A DNA stretch of 64,000 bases from Sideroxydans sp. (GTDB lineage Bacteria > Pseudomonadota > Gammaproteobacteria > Burkholderiales > Gallionellaceae): positions 207,618 to 271,617 of the forward strand of contig JAQTUV010000005.1 of assembly GCA_028707175.1 (NCBI GenBank), in the 5' to 3' direction. Positions 16,939-26,835 of the stretch are shown here, in pieces. The notes beneath the pieces were generated by a model. The model saw only the letters and a program-made list of their open reading frames with translations. It did not search any database and was not told the origin of the DNA. A program made the position numbers and the translations under genes. Every line of letters begins with the position of its first letter. Position 1 is the first letter of the stretch.

Positions 16939-18315
16939 ATGGCATCCACGATCCGTTCACTGCGCGCCTACTTGATGCAGCGCTTGTTGGTGTCGCTTTA
17001 TCTGTTGTGGATCATCAGCACCGTCGTGGGTTATTTCGCCACCATCAACTATGCCAATCAACCCTACGATCTTGTGCTGCTGCAACGCGCCAATGAAATA
17101 GCCTCCACGCTGAAACTGGGGAGTGGGCATGAACATTTCGATGTAATACCAACGCTCCCTGACGGCTCTGATCCCGGCATGCCCGACAAGGTGATGTACA
17201 CCGTCACGGATAGCGAAGGTCGAAAGCTGGCGGGTAATGGCAATACTTTGCGCCCACTCTCCTACCGACGTGGCAGACCCGGCCCGCTATTTAGCAATGG
17301 GGAGCGCGAAGGTTTAAAGACACGCATGGTCAGCCTAACCTTCACGTCGAATGGCGAATTACTCCAACTGCATGTCTCGGAAACCACCCAGCAACGCCAA
17401 GCGTTGATTCGCGGTATTTTGGCCAACATCGTTATTCCACAATTGTTGCTTACGCTCATCGCGCTTGCCGTGGTGTGGTATGGCTTGAAACAAGGCTTAC
17501 GCCCGCTGGAACGTTTGCGTCACGAGGTGTTGAACCGCAAGCGCGACGACTTAAGTCAACTCGATGGCAGTCAAGCGCCAACTGAAGTGCGCCCACTCAT
17601 TGATGCGGTCAACGATCTGCTGGAGCGATTGAAACAAGTAATGGCCGCACAGCAACGTTTCGTTGCCGATGCCGCGCATCAATTACGCACCCCCTTCGCA
17701 GGACTCAAGACACAATCCGAATTAGCTCTACGCTCAAACGACACACAACAAAAACAGCGCGCACTCGAACACATCCTAAACAACACGCAACATGGCATTC
17801 GCTTGGTGAATCAGTTGTTGGCTTTGGCGCGCAACGAACCGGGCGGACAAAGCACACAAAACTTTGTCTTGCTGAACCTGAATCAATTAGCTCAAGAATG
17901 CACCGTCACTTGGGTGCAGATGGCGCTAGAAAAGAATATCGATATTGGATTTGAGGGAAGCGAAAATCGCATTGAAATCAGAGGTGATGCAACGAGTCTG
18001 GTAGAGATGCTCAACAATCTTATCGATAATGCCATTCGCTACACCCCCGCAAATGGCCACATCACGGTAGGCGTACGCACCACCGAGCAACATAACGAAT
18101 TGAGCGTAGAAGACAACGGCCCCGGCATCGACCCGCAACACAGAGAACGCGTATTCGAACGCTTCTACCGCGTGTTAGGGAGCGGACAAAGTGGGAGCGG
18201 AATCGGCTTGGCCATCGTGGCCGAAGTAGCGAAGCGGCATGGCGCAGAGATCAAACTAGAATCGGCCAGCGGCGGAGTCGGCACTCGCATTAGCATCCTC
18301 TTCGCACCGGCATAG
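16939..18315 (+). CDS. Sensor histidine kinase
   Basis: It has two TM segments and the H-box FVADAAHQLRTP. The N box is LIDNAIRYTP and the G boxes are DNGPGI / GSGIGLAIV. It lies immediately downstream of the response regulator. Confidence 0.9.
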   Translation: MASTIRSLRAYLMQRLLVSLYLLWIISTVVGYFATINYANQPYDLVLLQRANEIASTLKLGSGHEHFDVIPTLPDGSDPGMPDKVMYTVTDSEGRKLAGNGNTLRPLSYRRGRPGPLFSNGEREGLKTRMVSLTFTSNGELLQLHVSETTQQRQALIRGILANIVIPQLLLTLIALAVVWYGLKQGLRPLERLRHEVLNRKRDDLSQLDGSQAPTEVRPLIDAVNDLLERLKQVMAAQQRFVADAAHQLRTPFAGLKTQSELALRSNDTQQKQRALEHILNNTQHGIRLVNQLLALARNEPGGQSTQNFVLLNLNQLAQECTVTWVQMALEKNIDIGFEGSENRIEIRGDATSLVEMLNNLIDNAIRYTPANGHITVGVRTTEQHNELSVEDNGPGIDPQHRERVFERFYRVLGSGQSGSGIGLAIVAEVAKRHGAEIKLESASGGVGTRISILFAPA

Positions 18316-18350
18316 GCGCTTAACGCTTTCAGAAAAGTCGTTTAAGCGCC
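18315..18350. terminator. Hairpin between convergent genes (possible bidirectional terminator)
   Basis: The stem is ggcgcttaa (18315-18323) pairing with ttaagcgcc (18342-18350). It lies between the + strand kinase gene and the - strand antiporter gene. Confidence 0.4.
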
Positions 18351-18356
18351 CATTTA

Positions 18357-19595
18357 TTACTCTTCTTCTAATAGATCGAGCTTCTTCGCCAACCATTTCG
18401 TCGTCGTCGCTTGGATGATGATGGTCATCAAGATAGCGATGAAGGTCACCGATGCGATGATCTGCGCTCCTGGTGCGTTCATACCTACCAACATGCCTGC
18501 CAACGCGCCTGGAATCACGCCCGTCTCACGCGTCCAACACATGAACAACATCTCTTTGAAACTCCACTTTGCGCGACGATCAGGTAAGGCACACAGGAAC
18601 ACAGTGACAGGTCGTGCCACCAACATGAACACCACCACGACAGCGATGCCTGCCCACAGGTATTGATTCATCAGGGCAAAGTCTACCTGCGCACCCAACA
18701 AGATGAAGATGAACATGCGCATGATGAGCGAGGTGGTCAGCACGAAGTCTTCCAGCGTGTGGCTCTCTTCGCTACTGCGTTTGAATCCAAGCGATTCAAC
18801 GTTACCCAACATGATGCCGAACACGAACACCGCCATGAAGCCGCTGGCGTGGAATCCGTCTGCCGCCATGTACGCGCCGATGACGGCCATCAAGGTCACG
18901 ACAGGCGCGAACTCGGCCAAGAAATTGTATTTTTCATGCGCGATGAATACGGCGGCCAGATAGCCCAAGATGCCGCCGATCAAGATACCGATGACGGATT
19001 GTTTGAGCAGGTCGACCAGTGCATCGCTAGCAGAGAATTCACCCGCCCCCATCGCCACTCCTAGTACGGTGAAGGTGAGGATGGCTCCCATCGCATCGTT
19101 GAATGCGGATTCGCTCATCACGGTCTGTGCCACACGCTCTTTGATCTTCACTTGTTTGAACACTGGCACCAAGGTGGCAGGGTCGGTCGAAGCCAAAGTC
19201 GCCCCCAACAACAAGGCGACCATGACAGGCACGCCCAAGAAATAATAAGCCGCCATGCCGGTGATCGCGCCCGTGATGAGCACACCGATGGTGGCGATGA
19301 CCACAATGGTGATCCACACTTCTTTCAACACTTTGAGGCGAATCGAAGCACCTCCATCGAACAAGATGTAACTAGAACCGAAGATGAGGATGAGTTGGTT
19401 GATGGTGGAATCAGCCTTGATGTTCACCCAACCCAAGATGCCGGGGCCGATCAACATGCCCACCAACAAGAACACCACGACATCTGGCACTTTGGCCAGC
19501 CGTGCGACCAATCCAGAGAATGCTCCTAGCGCAAGGATGATGCCGAAGATGAGTAGCGTATGTTTCGCAAGTTCAAGAGAGGCAGAGGTTTCCAT
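18357..19595 (-). CDS. Cation:proton antiporter (Na+/H+ exchanger, CPA1-like)
   Basis: It is 412 aa and polytopic, with sodium/hydrogen exchanger family character (LASTDPATLVPVFKQ, ESAFNDAMGAIL). Confidence 0.85.
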   Translation of the reverse strand: METSASLELAKHTLLIFGIILALGAFSGLVARLAKVPDVVVFLLVGMLIGPGILGWVNIKADSTINQLILIFGSSYILFDGGASIRLKVLKEVWITIVVIATIGVLITGAITGMAAYYFLGVPVMVALLLGATLASTDPATLVPVFKQVKIKERVAQTVMSESAFNDAMGAILTFTVLGVAMGAGEFSASDALVDLLKQSVIGILIGGILGYLAAVFIAHEKYNFLAEFAPVVTLMAVIGAYMAADGFHASGFMAVFVFGIMLGNVESLGFKRSSEESHTLEDFVLTTSLIMRMFIFILLGAQVDFALMNQYLWAGIAVVVVFMLVARPVTVFLCALPDRRAKWSFKEMLFMCWTRETGVIPGALAGMLVGMNAPGAQIIASVTFIAILMTIIIQATTTKWLAKKLDLLEEE

Positions 19596-19697
19596 ATTTT
19601 TTCCTATTTCGTTGGCTGGTTCCTACACATTCTACACAAGCAAGTTTCATTCTTAAGCGACGTAAACGCTTATTTACGGGGCCTTCACAATAAAAAA

Positions 19698-19721
19698 CCC
19701 CGCCGTTGAAGGCGGGGTTTT
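19698..19721 (-). terminator. Rho-independent terminator downstream of actP
   Basis: The structure is ccccgcc-gttgaa-ggcgggg, flanked by A-run/T-run on both sides. On the minus strand the stem is followed by TTTTTTA. It lies 18 nt after the actP stop. Confidence 0.8.
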
Positions 19722-19738
19722 GTTTGAAACACGACAAC

Positions 19739-21823
19739 TTAGTGTGCGGAAGCGGCTTCTGCATTGATGCCGGTGTTCTGGCGTACATACAGTTCGTCCC
19801 ACATCTCTTCTGCACGTTTATCACGTGTGAACAAAGAGCCCAAGATCACCAACAAGAAGCCCAGAGGGATGGAGATCAAACCTGGATTCTTCAACAAGAA
19901 GAACGGTTTTTCCAAGCCCATGAGGCTAGTCGTTTGACCTTCAACCTTCTTCAGATCAGCTTCAGCTTTTGCTTTTGCTTTTTCAACACCAGCGATGTCT
20001 TTCTTCACTTTAGCAATATCAGCTTCAGCGGCTGTCTTAGCAGCTGCGTCTGTAATCGTTGGCAATGCAGCTTCCATCGGTTGCAGTTTCGCATTCAAAC
20101 CAGCCAACTTCTCAGCAGCGCCCAGTTTAGCTGGCTTCTCTGGAGAAGCAGCTTGTGCAGGTTTAGCCAATACGCAACCATCCAAGGCAAACAGTTCGCA
20201 CATGAAGCTAGAGCGCTCAACAGCTGGAGCAGCCTCTTTAGCAGGAACAGCTGGCTCACCATTCAAGACTTTGTTCGCGTTGGCAATCACTGCCTTTGGA
20301 TAAGTCATGTTTGGAGAGATCATCACCAAGCCGATCGCAGTCAACGAACCTACGATCATGCCCAAGATGATGCCGGTGGTATTGCACTTCTTCCAATACA
20401 GCGTGAGGAACACCGCTGGCAAGTTAGATGATGCAGCTACCGCGAACGCCAACGCCACCAAGTGCGCAACGTTCTGACCTTTGGCCAAGATACCCACGGT
20501 GATCGCGATGATACCCACGATCACAGAAGCAACACGTGCAGCAATCACTTGCTCTTTTGGTGTGGCGTGGTCGCCACGGATAACACCAACGTAGATGTCA
20601 TGCGCCATTGCAGAAGCAGCAGCCAACACCAAGCCTGCGACCACAGCAACAATGGTTGCAAACGCCACGGCAGCCACGAAGGCCAACATGAAGTTACCCA
20701 TATAAGATTGCTCGCCACCGCCCAAGTATTGCGCCAACAATGGACCCGCCATGTTACCGCCCGCATCAACTGCAGCGATCTTATCTGGGCCCACCAACAT
20801 CGCAGCGCCCGTACCCAAGAATAGCGTCAGCACATAGAAGCCACCGATAATGCCCATCGCCCAGATAACGGAAGTACGCGCAGCTTGTGCTGTCGGTACA
20901 GTGAAGAAGCGCATCAGGATGTGTGGCATACCCGCTGTACCCAACACCAAGGCCAAACCTAGCGAGATTTGGTCAATTGGGTTCTTCAGGAACAGACCTG
21001 GCTCAAGGAAGCGTTGACCCAATTCTTCTGGTGTCATCGTTGACGCCTTGTCGCCCAACAGCTTAGCAACTTGCTTTTGTACATCAGGATCAGCAACCAC
21101 ACTACCCAAATAACCTGGGAGGCTGAAGCCATATGGAGCCCACACCATCATCACAAGAATGATAGAAGCGGTGACCAGCAACACTGCCTTGGTGATCTGC
21201 ACCCAAGTGGTCGCCTTCATACCGCCGAACACCACATAAGCCAACATCAAGATGCCCACGCCAATGACGGAGATCTCATAGTCGATACCAATCAGCGTCT
21301 TGATCAGCACACCACCGCCAACCATTTGTGCAGTCAGGTAGAAAGTGGACACCGTGATGGTAGACAAAGCAGCAACGGTCTTGGTCTTCTTAGGATCGTT
21401 ACGGAAAGCCAAGATGTCACCCATGGTGTACTTACCGATGTTGCGGCAAGGCTCAGCAATCACCAGCAACACGGTAATGTAAGCGACCAACCAACCCACG
21501 GAATACATGAAGCCATCGTAACCGTACAAAGAGATCAAACCGGCGATACCGAGGAAGGATGCCGCAGACAGATAGTCACCTGCGATCGCCCAACCGTTTT
21601 GGATACCGCTGACAGAACGACCCGCCGCATAAAACTCAGAAGTCGTGTGCGTGGTACGCGCCGCCCAGAAAGTGATGGCCATGGTGATGGCGATAATCAC
21701 GCCGAACACGGTGAAGGTCATCCATTTGAACTCGTCGGCAACGGCGCCGTTGCCAGCGAAGGTCACACCGCTGACGCTCAATGCGGCAGCAGAAAGCATT
21801 AGTTTATTTAGCAATCCACTCAT
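19739..21823 (-). CDS. actP: Cation/acetate symporter ActP-like (SSS family) with a long C-proximal insertion
   Basis: The N-terminal half is typical of ActP (EFYAAGRSVSGIQNGWAIAGDYLSAASFLGIAGLISLYGYDGFMYSVGW). It is paired with a DUF485 gene. At 694 aa it exceeds the ~550 aa I recall for E. coli ActP; the extra Ala/Lys/Glu-rich segment sits before the last TM helix. Confidence 0.85.
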   Translation of the reverse strand: MSGLLNKLMLSAAALSVSGVTFAGNGAVADEFKWMTFTVFGVIIAITMAITFWAARTTHTTSEFYAAGRSVSGIQNGWAIAGDYLSAASFLGIAGLISLYGYDGFMYSVGWLVAYITVLLVIAEPCRNIGKYTMGDILAFRNDPKKTKTVAALSTITVSTFYLTAQMVGGGVLIKTLIGIDYEISVIGVGILMLAYVVFGGMKATTWVQITKAVLLVTASIILVMMVWAPYGFSLPGYLGSVVADPDVQKQVAKLLGDKASTMTPEELGQRFLEPGLFLKNPIDQISLGLALVLGTAGMPHILMRFFTVPTAQAARTSVIWAMGIIGGFYVLTLFLGTGAAMLVGPDKIAAVDAGGNMAGPLLAQYLGGGEQSYMGNFMLAFVAAVAFATIVAVVAGLVLAAASAMAHDIYVGVIRGDHATPKEQVIAARVASVIVGIIAITVGILAKGQNVAHLVALAFAVAASSNLPAVFLTLYWKKCNTTGIILGMIVGSLTAIGLVMISPNMTYPKAVIANANKVLNGEPAVPAKEAAPAVERSSFMCELFALDGCVLAKPAQAASPEKPAKLGAAEKLAGLNAKLQPMEAALPTITDAAAKTAAEADIAKVKKDIAGVEKAKAKAEADLKKVEGQTTSLMGLEKPFFLLKNPGLISIPLGFLLVILGSLFTRDKRAEEMWDELYVRQNTGINAEAASAH

Positions 21824-22143
21824 TTCATGCTCCCGTTGTTGACGTCGTTGATGATTTCTTGCGCCATCGCGTCGAACTCTTTATTCGCTTTGCGCGAATA
21901 AATCCAAGCAATGGTCCATGCCACGATAAACTCAGACAGGGCAAATAAAATACCCACGTTGACTACGCCCCACACCTTTACCTTGAATAGGTCTTGGTAG
22001 TAAGCCGCACCAATGGGAAGCAAGAAGTAATAGACAGTCGAAATCACCATCAAACCCCACAAGAAAATCGTCTTCTTGCGATGCAGTGCTTGGAACTTGG
22101 GGTTGGTGTCAATCGCCGCCCAATTTATATTTGGATTAGACAT
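21820..22143 (-). CDS. DUF485 (YjcH-like) inner membrane protein
   Basis: It is 107 aa with two TM helices. It overlaps the actP start by 4 nt, the classic yjcH-actP arrangement. Confidence 0.8.
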   Translation of the reverse strand: MSNPNINWAAIDTNPKFQALHRKKTIFLWGLMVISTVYYFLLPIGAAYYQDLFKVKVWGVVNVGILFALSEFIVAWTIAWIYSRKANKEFDAMAQEIINDVNNGSMK

Positions 22144-22232
22144 ATTCTCTCCCTCTAATAAATCAAAAATCAGGATGTGTATCCCGATTCACTTTTACTA
22201 CGAGTGGCGAGGTTACGTGATATTCCTTACAG

Positions 22233-22940
22233 TCAACTTACGCCACTGACCCAGCGCTGAGCCTTCTCCAAATCAAGCAATCCCGCATAGCTATCAATGT
22301 CTCTGCGTGATGCCTGTGCGCTTGCAACTTGCAATAACTGGGCTGTTGCAAGGGCGTCTGCAAGGGCGTTATGACGTACATCAATGCGAATATTGAAATG
22401 GCTTATCCAGTCATCCAAGGCATGGTGGCGTTTTGCCAGCGCAGGATTAAGACCGGGCATAACATAAGCCAGATCAAGCCAAGCATGCTTCAGATTCATC
22501 CCCAGGTAAGCACGCAAAGCACGGCGAATCATGGTCTGATCAAAAGTGACATGGAAAGCCACCAAGGGGGACTTCCCCAAGTACTCAAGAAAGCTCAGTA
22601 ATGCTTCCGCAGGTTGTTCACCATCAAGCTGCGCCGAAGCGCCGATCCCATGCAGCAGGATGTTACCTTTTTCGCTCACTGTTTCTTGTTGCAAAACTTT
22701 GTAAAAACTATCACCCAAGGCAATCTTGCCATTGACTACAGCGACAGCACCAATCGAAATGAGCCGGTCATTGGCGAGACTCAAGCCAGTCGTTTCTACA
22801 TCAACCACCACACAACGCGATTGTTTAAATGGAGAATCAGGCGCCGAATTTTCGAGCCGAGACCATGCTTCCAAGCGTTGCCGCTGATCGCCCGTCAGAA
22901 CCGGCGCTTCACCGAACCAGCGTTTAAGCCAACTCATCAC
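22233..22940 (-). CDS. DEDDh 3'-5' exonuclease (DNA polymerase III epsilon-like)
   Basis: The ExoI motif is VVDVETTGL. The ExoIII-like region is HNALADALATAQL. It overlaps the upstream DUF294 gene by 4 nt. Confidence 0.8.
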   Translation of the reverse strand: MMSWLKRWFGEAPVLTGDQRQRLEAWSRLENSAPDSPFKQSRCVVVDVETTGLSLANDRLISIGAVAVVNGKIALGDSFYKVLQQETVSEKGNILLHGIGASAQLDGEQPAEALLSFLEYLGKSPLVAFHVTFDQTMIRRALRAYLGMNLKHAWLDLAYVMPGLNPALAKRHHALDDWISHFNIRIDVRHNALADALATAQLLQVASAQASRRDIDSYAGLLDLEKAQRWVSGVS

Positions 22941-24865
22941 AAGTGATACTCCGATGCCAATCGTGCTTGCAACTTACGCGCTTGGCGAAACGCTTCTTTT
23001 AAGATACGTCTGTCCAGCTCGTTCAATTTTTCCGGATCAATGAGGTTGTCCAAAGCTTGATCATCGACGCCTTGGGCGCTCACCTCATCATGCCTGCGCA
23101 TACGCAGCACTTGAATAAACAGTAGCGCATCTATCCAAGCATCGATTTCAGCGCTATCTATCCTCATCTTCTCAGCGCTCAAGCGCAAACGCTGAATCGT
23201 GTTGGTATCAACCACCCCGGAGGCCAAACTAAAGATGCGCGCCGCATCGACAAAAGGCGTAATGCCGTTCAATTTAAGATCGATCTTGTTCTCTTTACCG
23301 ACTACAAAATCACGCACCACGCCGAGTGGCGGACGATTGCGTAATGCGTTCTCAGCCATCATGTGCAGAAAGCGGCTATTGTCACTGGCAACGCGCCCCA
23401 GCCAACCGCGAAGATCTTGCGCCAAATCAAACTGACCATAGAGCGGACGAAAATCGAAAAAGATAGAGGCATGCAACAACGATTCCGGCGAGCCACCACT
23501 AATCCAGGACGCGAAGGCGCGCTTCCACTCTTCCAACGATAGGCACCATTTCGGATTACTCGCCATGATCTCACCCTTGCACAGTGGGAAGCCACATTGA
23601 TCAAGCGTCTCGTTGATACGGCGCGCGACGGGCAGTAACTTCTCGCGCACTTGGTCTGCTGTCATCCCATCAGGCACTTTGAAGATGATGGCGTTGTCTT
23701 GATCGGTGTTCAACGTCTGCTCGAAGCGCCCTTCCGACCCCAGTGCCAACCAACATAGTCCATCGTGCAGGGGTGTACCGGTAATACCGCTGGCCTTGCA
23801 TTCCAGCTCCACGATGCGCTCGGCGATCAAGTCGTTAAAGGTGGAGATAAATTGCGTGAGCTGTTCTGGTGCGACCCCTTGCGCCATCATGTTGCGCGCC
23901 ATGTGGCGGATATCGGCTGCGCCTTGGCGCAAAGTATCAACATTCTCTGCATGGCGTATCGAAGAACCAATCTGGCGTAATCCGACACGCTGCAAAGCAA
24001 ATAAGTCCTTCTCGGACACCAGCCCCACCAAGCGCTCTTTCTCGACGATCAGGACATGGCGGAAACCGTGTTTCGCCATCATCAGCGCTGCTTCATGCGC
24101 CAAAGCTTGTGGCGGCAGACTGGATAACTGCGTACTCATGACATTGATAACAGGCTGATCCAGGTCGATCTGCGGGAGGGCGATGCGATCCAACACGTCA
24201 TGCAAGGTAACAATACCCAGCGGCCTCCCTTCACTATCTGCTGCCACCATAGACCCGATGCGCTGCTCTTTCATGATGGTCAACACTTGCCTAACCGTAG
24301 CATCAGGCGAGCACGTGATTGGCGCGCGCCGAATGATTGCCGACAAAGGGCTGGCTAGCGATTGTTGCTCTACGCTTGAATGACTGTATTGAGCTTGGAT
24401 AACTTGCTTGGAATGCTCTAATAGATTCGCAATGCGACGTGTACAAAAATCGCGAAAGGCAGCGCTCATCCCGATGAGTTCACTAAATGCAGCGGCTGGG
24501 AGCTCATAGCAAAAGATATCGCTCCCGGCTCGATAGACGCTGGCCACCGCTCGATGTGCCAACAACGCACCGAGCGGGAAACACTCGCCCGCCCCCAATT
24601 CCAACCACATGTCCGCATCTGATGCTTTAGCGACACTTTGTTCCCCATGCACCACGCCCTGTTTGATAACGAGGAAACGATCAACCACGCCATGTTCTGG
24701 CGAGACGATCACCTCACCTTCTGCGTAGTACCCCAACTGCATACGTTCTAACATCCACATCACATGCCCCAACTCCATGTGATCGAACGGTGCGTGTTTG
24801 GTGATGAAAGCTAATTCAGAAGGATGGATCGCGCTCACGGCAGGCCTCTTTAAGTCCAGTAGCAA
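22937..24865 (-). CDS. Cyclic-nucleotide-binding + CBS-pair + DUF294 nucleotidyltransferase protein
   Basis: It is 642 aa. It has an N-terminal cNMP-binding-like domain, a tandem CBS pair (VMSTQLSSLPP...HGFRHVLIVEKERLVGLVSEKDL), and a nucleotidyltransferase core (LALGSEGRFEQTLNTDQDNAIIF). A C-terminal DUF294_C-like helical region follows. Confidence 0.75.
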   Translation of the reverse strand: MLLDLKRPAVSAIHPSELAFITKHAPFDHMELGHVMWMLERMQLGYYAEGEVIVSPEHGVVDRFLVIKQGVVHGEQSVAKASDADMWLELGAGECFPLGALLAHRAVASVYRAGSDIFCYELPAAAFSELIGMSAAFRDFCTRRIANLLEHSKQVIQAQYSHSSVEQQSLASPLSAIIRRAPITCSPDATVRQVLTIMKEQRIGSMVAADSEGRPLGIVTLHDVLDRIALPQIDLDQPVINVMSTQLSSLPPQALAHEAALMMAKHGFRHVLIVEKERLVGLVSEKDLFALQRVGLRQIGSSIRHAENVDTLRQGAADIRHMARNMMAQGVAPEQLTQFISTFNDLIAERIVELECKASGITGTPLHDGLCWLALGSEGRFEQTLNTDQDNAIIFKVPDGMTADQVREKLLPVARRINETLDQCGFPLCKGEIMASNPKWCLSLEEWKRAFASWISGGSPESLLHASIFFDFRPLYGQFDLAQDLRGWLGRVASDNSRFLHMMAENALRNRPPLGVVRDFVVGKENKIDLKLNGITPFVDAARIFSLASGVVDTNTIQRLRLSAEKMRIDSAEIDAWIDALLFIQVLRMRRHDEVSAQGVDDQALDNLIDPEKLNELDRRILKEAFRQARKLQARLASEYHL

Positions 24866-24904
24866 TGGTTTATTATAGGCACATCACCTTTACAGCAAAC
24901 TGAC

Positions 24905-25330
24905 ATGCCATTCGCCAATCCTACTCCCGAGCAAATCTGCACGCTATTGCACCAAGTGCGTAGTGTGGCCGTGGTTGGCCTATCGCCACAACCGGCGCGC
25001 CCCAGCTTTAATGTCGCAAAAGCGTTGCAGGGGTTTGGTTATCGCATCATCCCCGTACGGCCTCTCATTGATGAAGTGCTTGGCGAAAAAGCCTACCCTG
25101 ATTTAGATAGCCTGCCCGAAGTGCCGGACATCGTAGAGGTGTTCCGCGCCGCAGAACATGTACCCGAAATTGTTGATAACTGCATCAAACTTGGCATCAA
25201 GAATCTATGGTTGCAAGATGGGGTGATTCACGAAGCTGCTGCACTACGTGCGCAACAAGCTGGCATCACTGTAATTATGGATAGATGTATGTATCGAGAC
25301 TATGTGCAACTATGCGGCAATCGCAGCTAA
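24905..25330 (+). CDS. CoA-binding domain protein (YccU-like)
   Basis: It is 141 aa. The sequences VRSVAVVGLSPQPARPSFNVAKAL..GYRIIPVRP and IVEVFRAAEHVPEIV are typical of the CoA_binding_2 family. Confidence 0.75.
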   Translation: MPFANPTPEQICTLLHQVRSVAVVGLSPQPARPSFNVAKALQGFGYRIIPVRPLIDEVLGEKAYPDLDSLPEVPDIVEVFRAAEHVPEIVDNCIKLGIKNLWLQDGVIHEAAALRAQQAGITVIMDRCMYRDYVQLCGNRS

Positions 25331-25368
25331 GCACGTATAATCGCAACAGTTAACTGAACGGCAAAATC

Positions 25369-26199
25369 ATGTCCCTCAAATTCACCAAGATGCATGGCGC
25401 TGGCAACGATTTCGTTGTGATTGATGGCGTGCGCCAAGTGGTTTCCTTATCCCCTGAAAATATCCGTTTCATAGCAGACCGTAATTTCGGCATTGGCTGC
25501 GACCAGCTTTTGTTAGTCGAGAAGTCACAACGACCTGATACCGACTTTCGCTATCGCATCTTCAATGCAGATGGTGGCGAGGTAGAACAGTGCGGCAATG
25601 GTGCGCGCTGTTTCGTACGTTTTGTGCATGACCATAAGCTCACCAGCAAGCGCGAGATCATTGTTGAAACTAAGAGCGGCATTATTTCTCCCCGTCTTGA
25701 AGAGGATGGACGTGTGACGGTGAATATGGGCGCACCCGTGCTAGATCCCATGCAGATTCCCTTTGTGAGTGACTCTGACGCGGCGATTCAGGCACTGGAT
25801 GTTGCGGATGAAACCATTCTGATCAGCGCCGTATCGATGGGCAATCCACACGCCGTACAAGTGGTCGAAAATATTGAAACAGCTGCTGTCGCCACCCAAG
25901 GGCCACTCATCGAAAATCACCCGCGCTTTCCTAATCGCGTGAATGCAGGCTTCATGCAGATTATCGATAGATCGCACATCAAGTTGCGCGTATTTGAACG
26001 GGGTGCGGGCGAAACGTTGTCCTGCGGTACTGGTGCCTGTGCGGCAGTGGTGGCGGGGATTCGGCGCGGCTTGTTGGATGCGACGGTCAGCGTAGCTACG
26101 CACGGTGGCACACTCTCCATCACATGGAATGGTTTGGGTACACCTGTACTGATGACAGGCCCCGCTATTGCGGTTTTCGATGGTGAAATAAATTTATAA
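25369..26199 (+). CDS. dapF: Diaminopimelate epimerase
   Basis: It has [16 protein letters not shown] and the catalytic Cys motifs QCGNGARC and SCGTGACA. It is 276 aa. Confidence 0.95.
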   Translation: MSLKFTKMHGAGNDFVVIDGVRQVVSLSPENIRFIADRNFGIGCDQLLLVEKSQRPDTDFRYRIFNADGGEVEQCGNGARCFVRFVHDHKLTSKREIIVETKSGIISPRLEEDGRVTVNMGAPVLDPMQIPFVSDSDAAIQALDVADETILISAVSMGNPHAVQVVENIETAAVATQGPLIENHPRFPNRVNAGFMQIIDRSHIKLRVFERGAGETLSCGTGACAAVVAGIRRGLLDATVSVATHGGTLSITWNGLGTPVLMTGPAIAVFDGEINL

Positions 26200-26214
26200 C
26201 GAGGTCCTACCAAG

Positions 26215-26835
26215 ATGAAATCAGAAGACGTCGCACAATACCTAAAAGACAATCCACAGTTCTTTGAAGAACACGCTCAATTGCTCTCCGAGATTACTCT
26301 GCCCCACCCACATGGCGGTCGTACCGTCTCACTGTCTGAACGACAACTGCTCACATTGCGCGAACGTGTCAAAGCGCTTGAATTAAAACTACACGAGCTC
26401 ATTGCCTACGCTAAAGAGAACGACGCCTTGCAGGCCAAGGTACATCAATTCAATTGCTCGCTTTTCGGCGCACATGATCGCACCACACTCAACAATCTAG
26501 TCGTACAAAACCTGCGCGACATCTTTGCGATACCGCATGCCTCTTTGCATATTTGGAAAGATGATGCTCCCAATGCCGAAGCGCTAGCGTTCGCCGATGC
26601 ACATCAAGAACCCGTCTGCACCCACCACGCTGCCGAAGGCACACTGGCTTGGTTCGGTGAGGCAGGGGAACATCTTCGCTCGTTCGCCTATCTACCGCTG
26701 CGCGAAAACGGTCAGACTATCGGCATGCTCATTCTCGCGAGTGAAGATAAAGAACGTTTCTATCCTGAGATGGGGACGATTTTCTTATTACGCATCGCAG
26801 ATGCATTAAGCAGTGCATTCCGCTTACAAGCCTGA
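26215..26835 (+). CDS. DUF484 family protein (YigA-like)
   Basis: It is 206 aa. The N-terminus VAQYLKDNPQFFEEHAQLLSEITLPH is typical. It lies between dapF and xerC, as in many proteobacteria. Confidence 0.8.
   Translation: MKSEDVAQYLKDNPQFFEEHAQLLSEITLPHPHGGRTVSLSERQLLTLRERVKALELKLHELIAYAKENDALQAKVHQFNCSLFGAHDRTTLNNLVVQNLRDIFAIPHASLHIWKDDAPNAEALAFADAHQEPVCTHHAAEGTLAWFGEAGEHLRSFAYLPLRENGQTIGMLILASEDKERFYPEMGTIFLLRIADALSSAFRLQA

Noticed and set aside
19706-21802. Several + strand ORFs (241 aa, 102 aa, 120 aa, 243 aa)
   Set aside because: All are antisense to the actP-like symporter gene. They have a His/Arg/Gln-rich shadow-frame composition.
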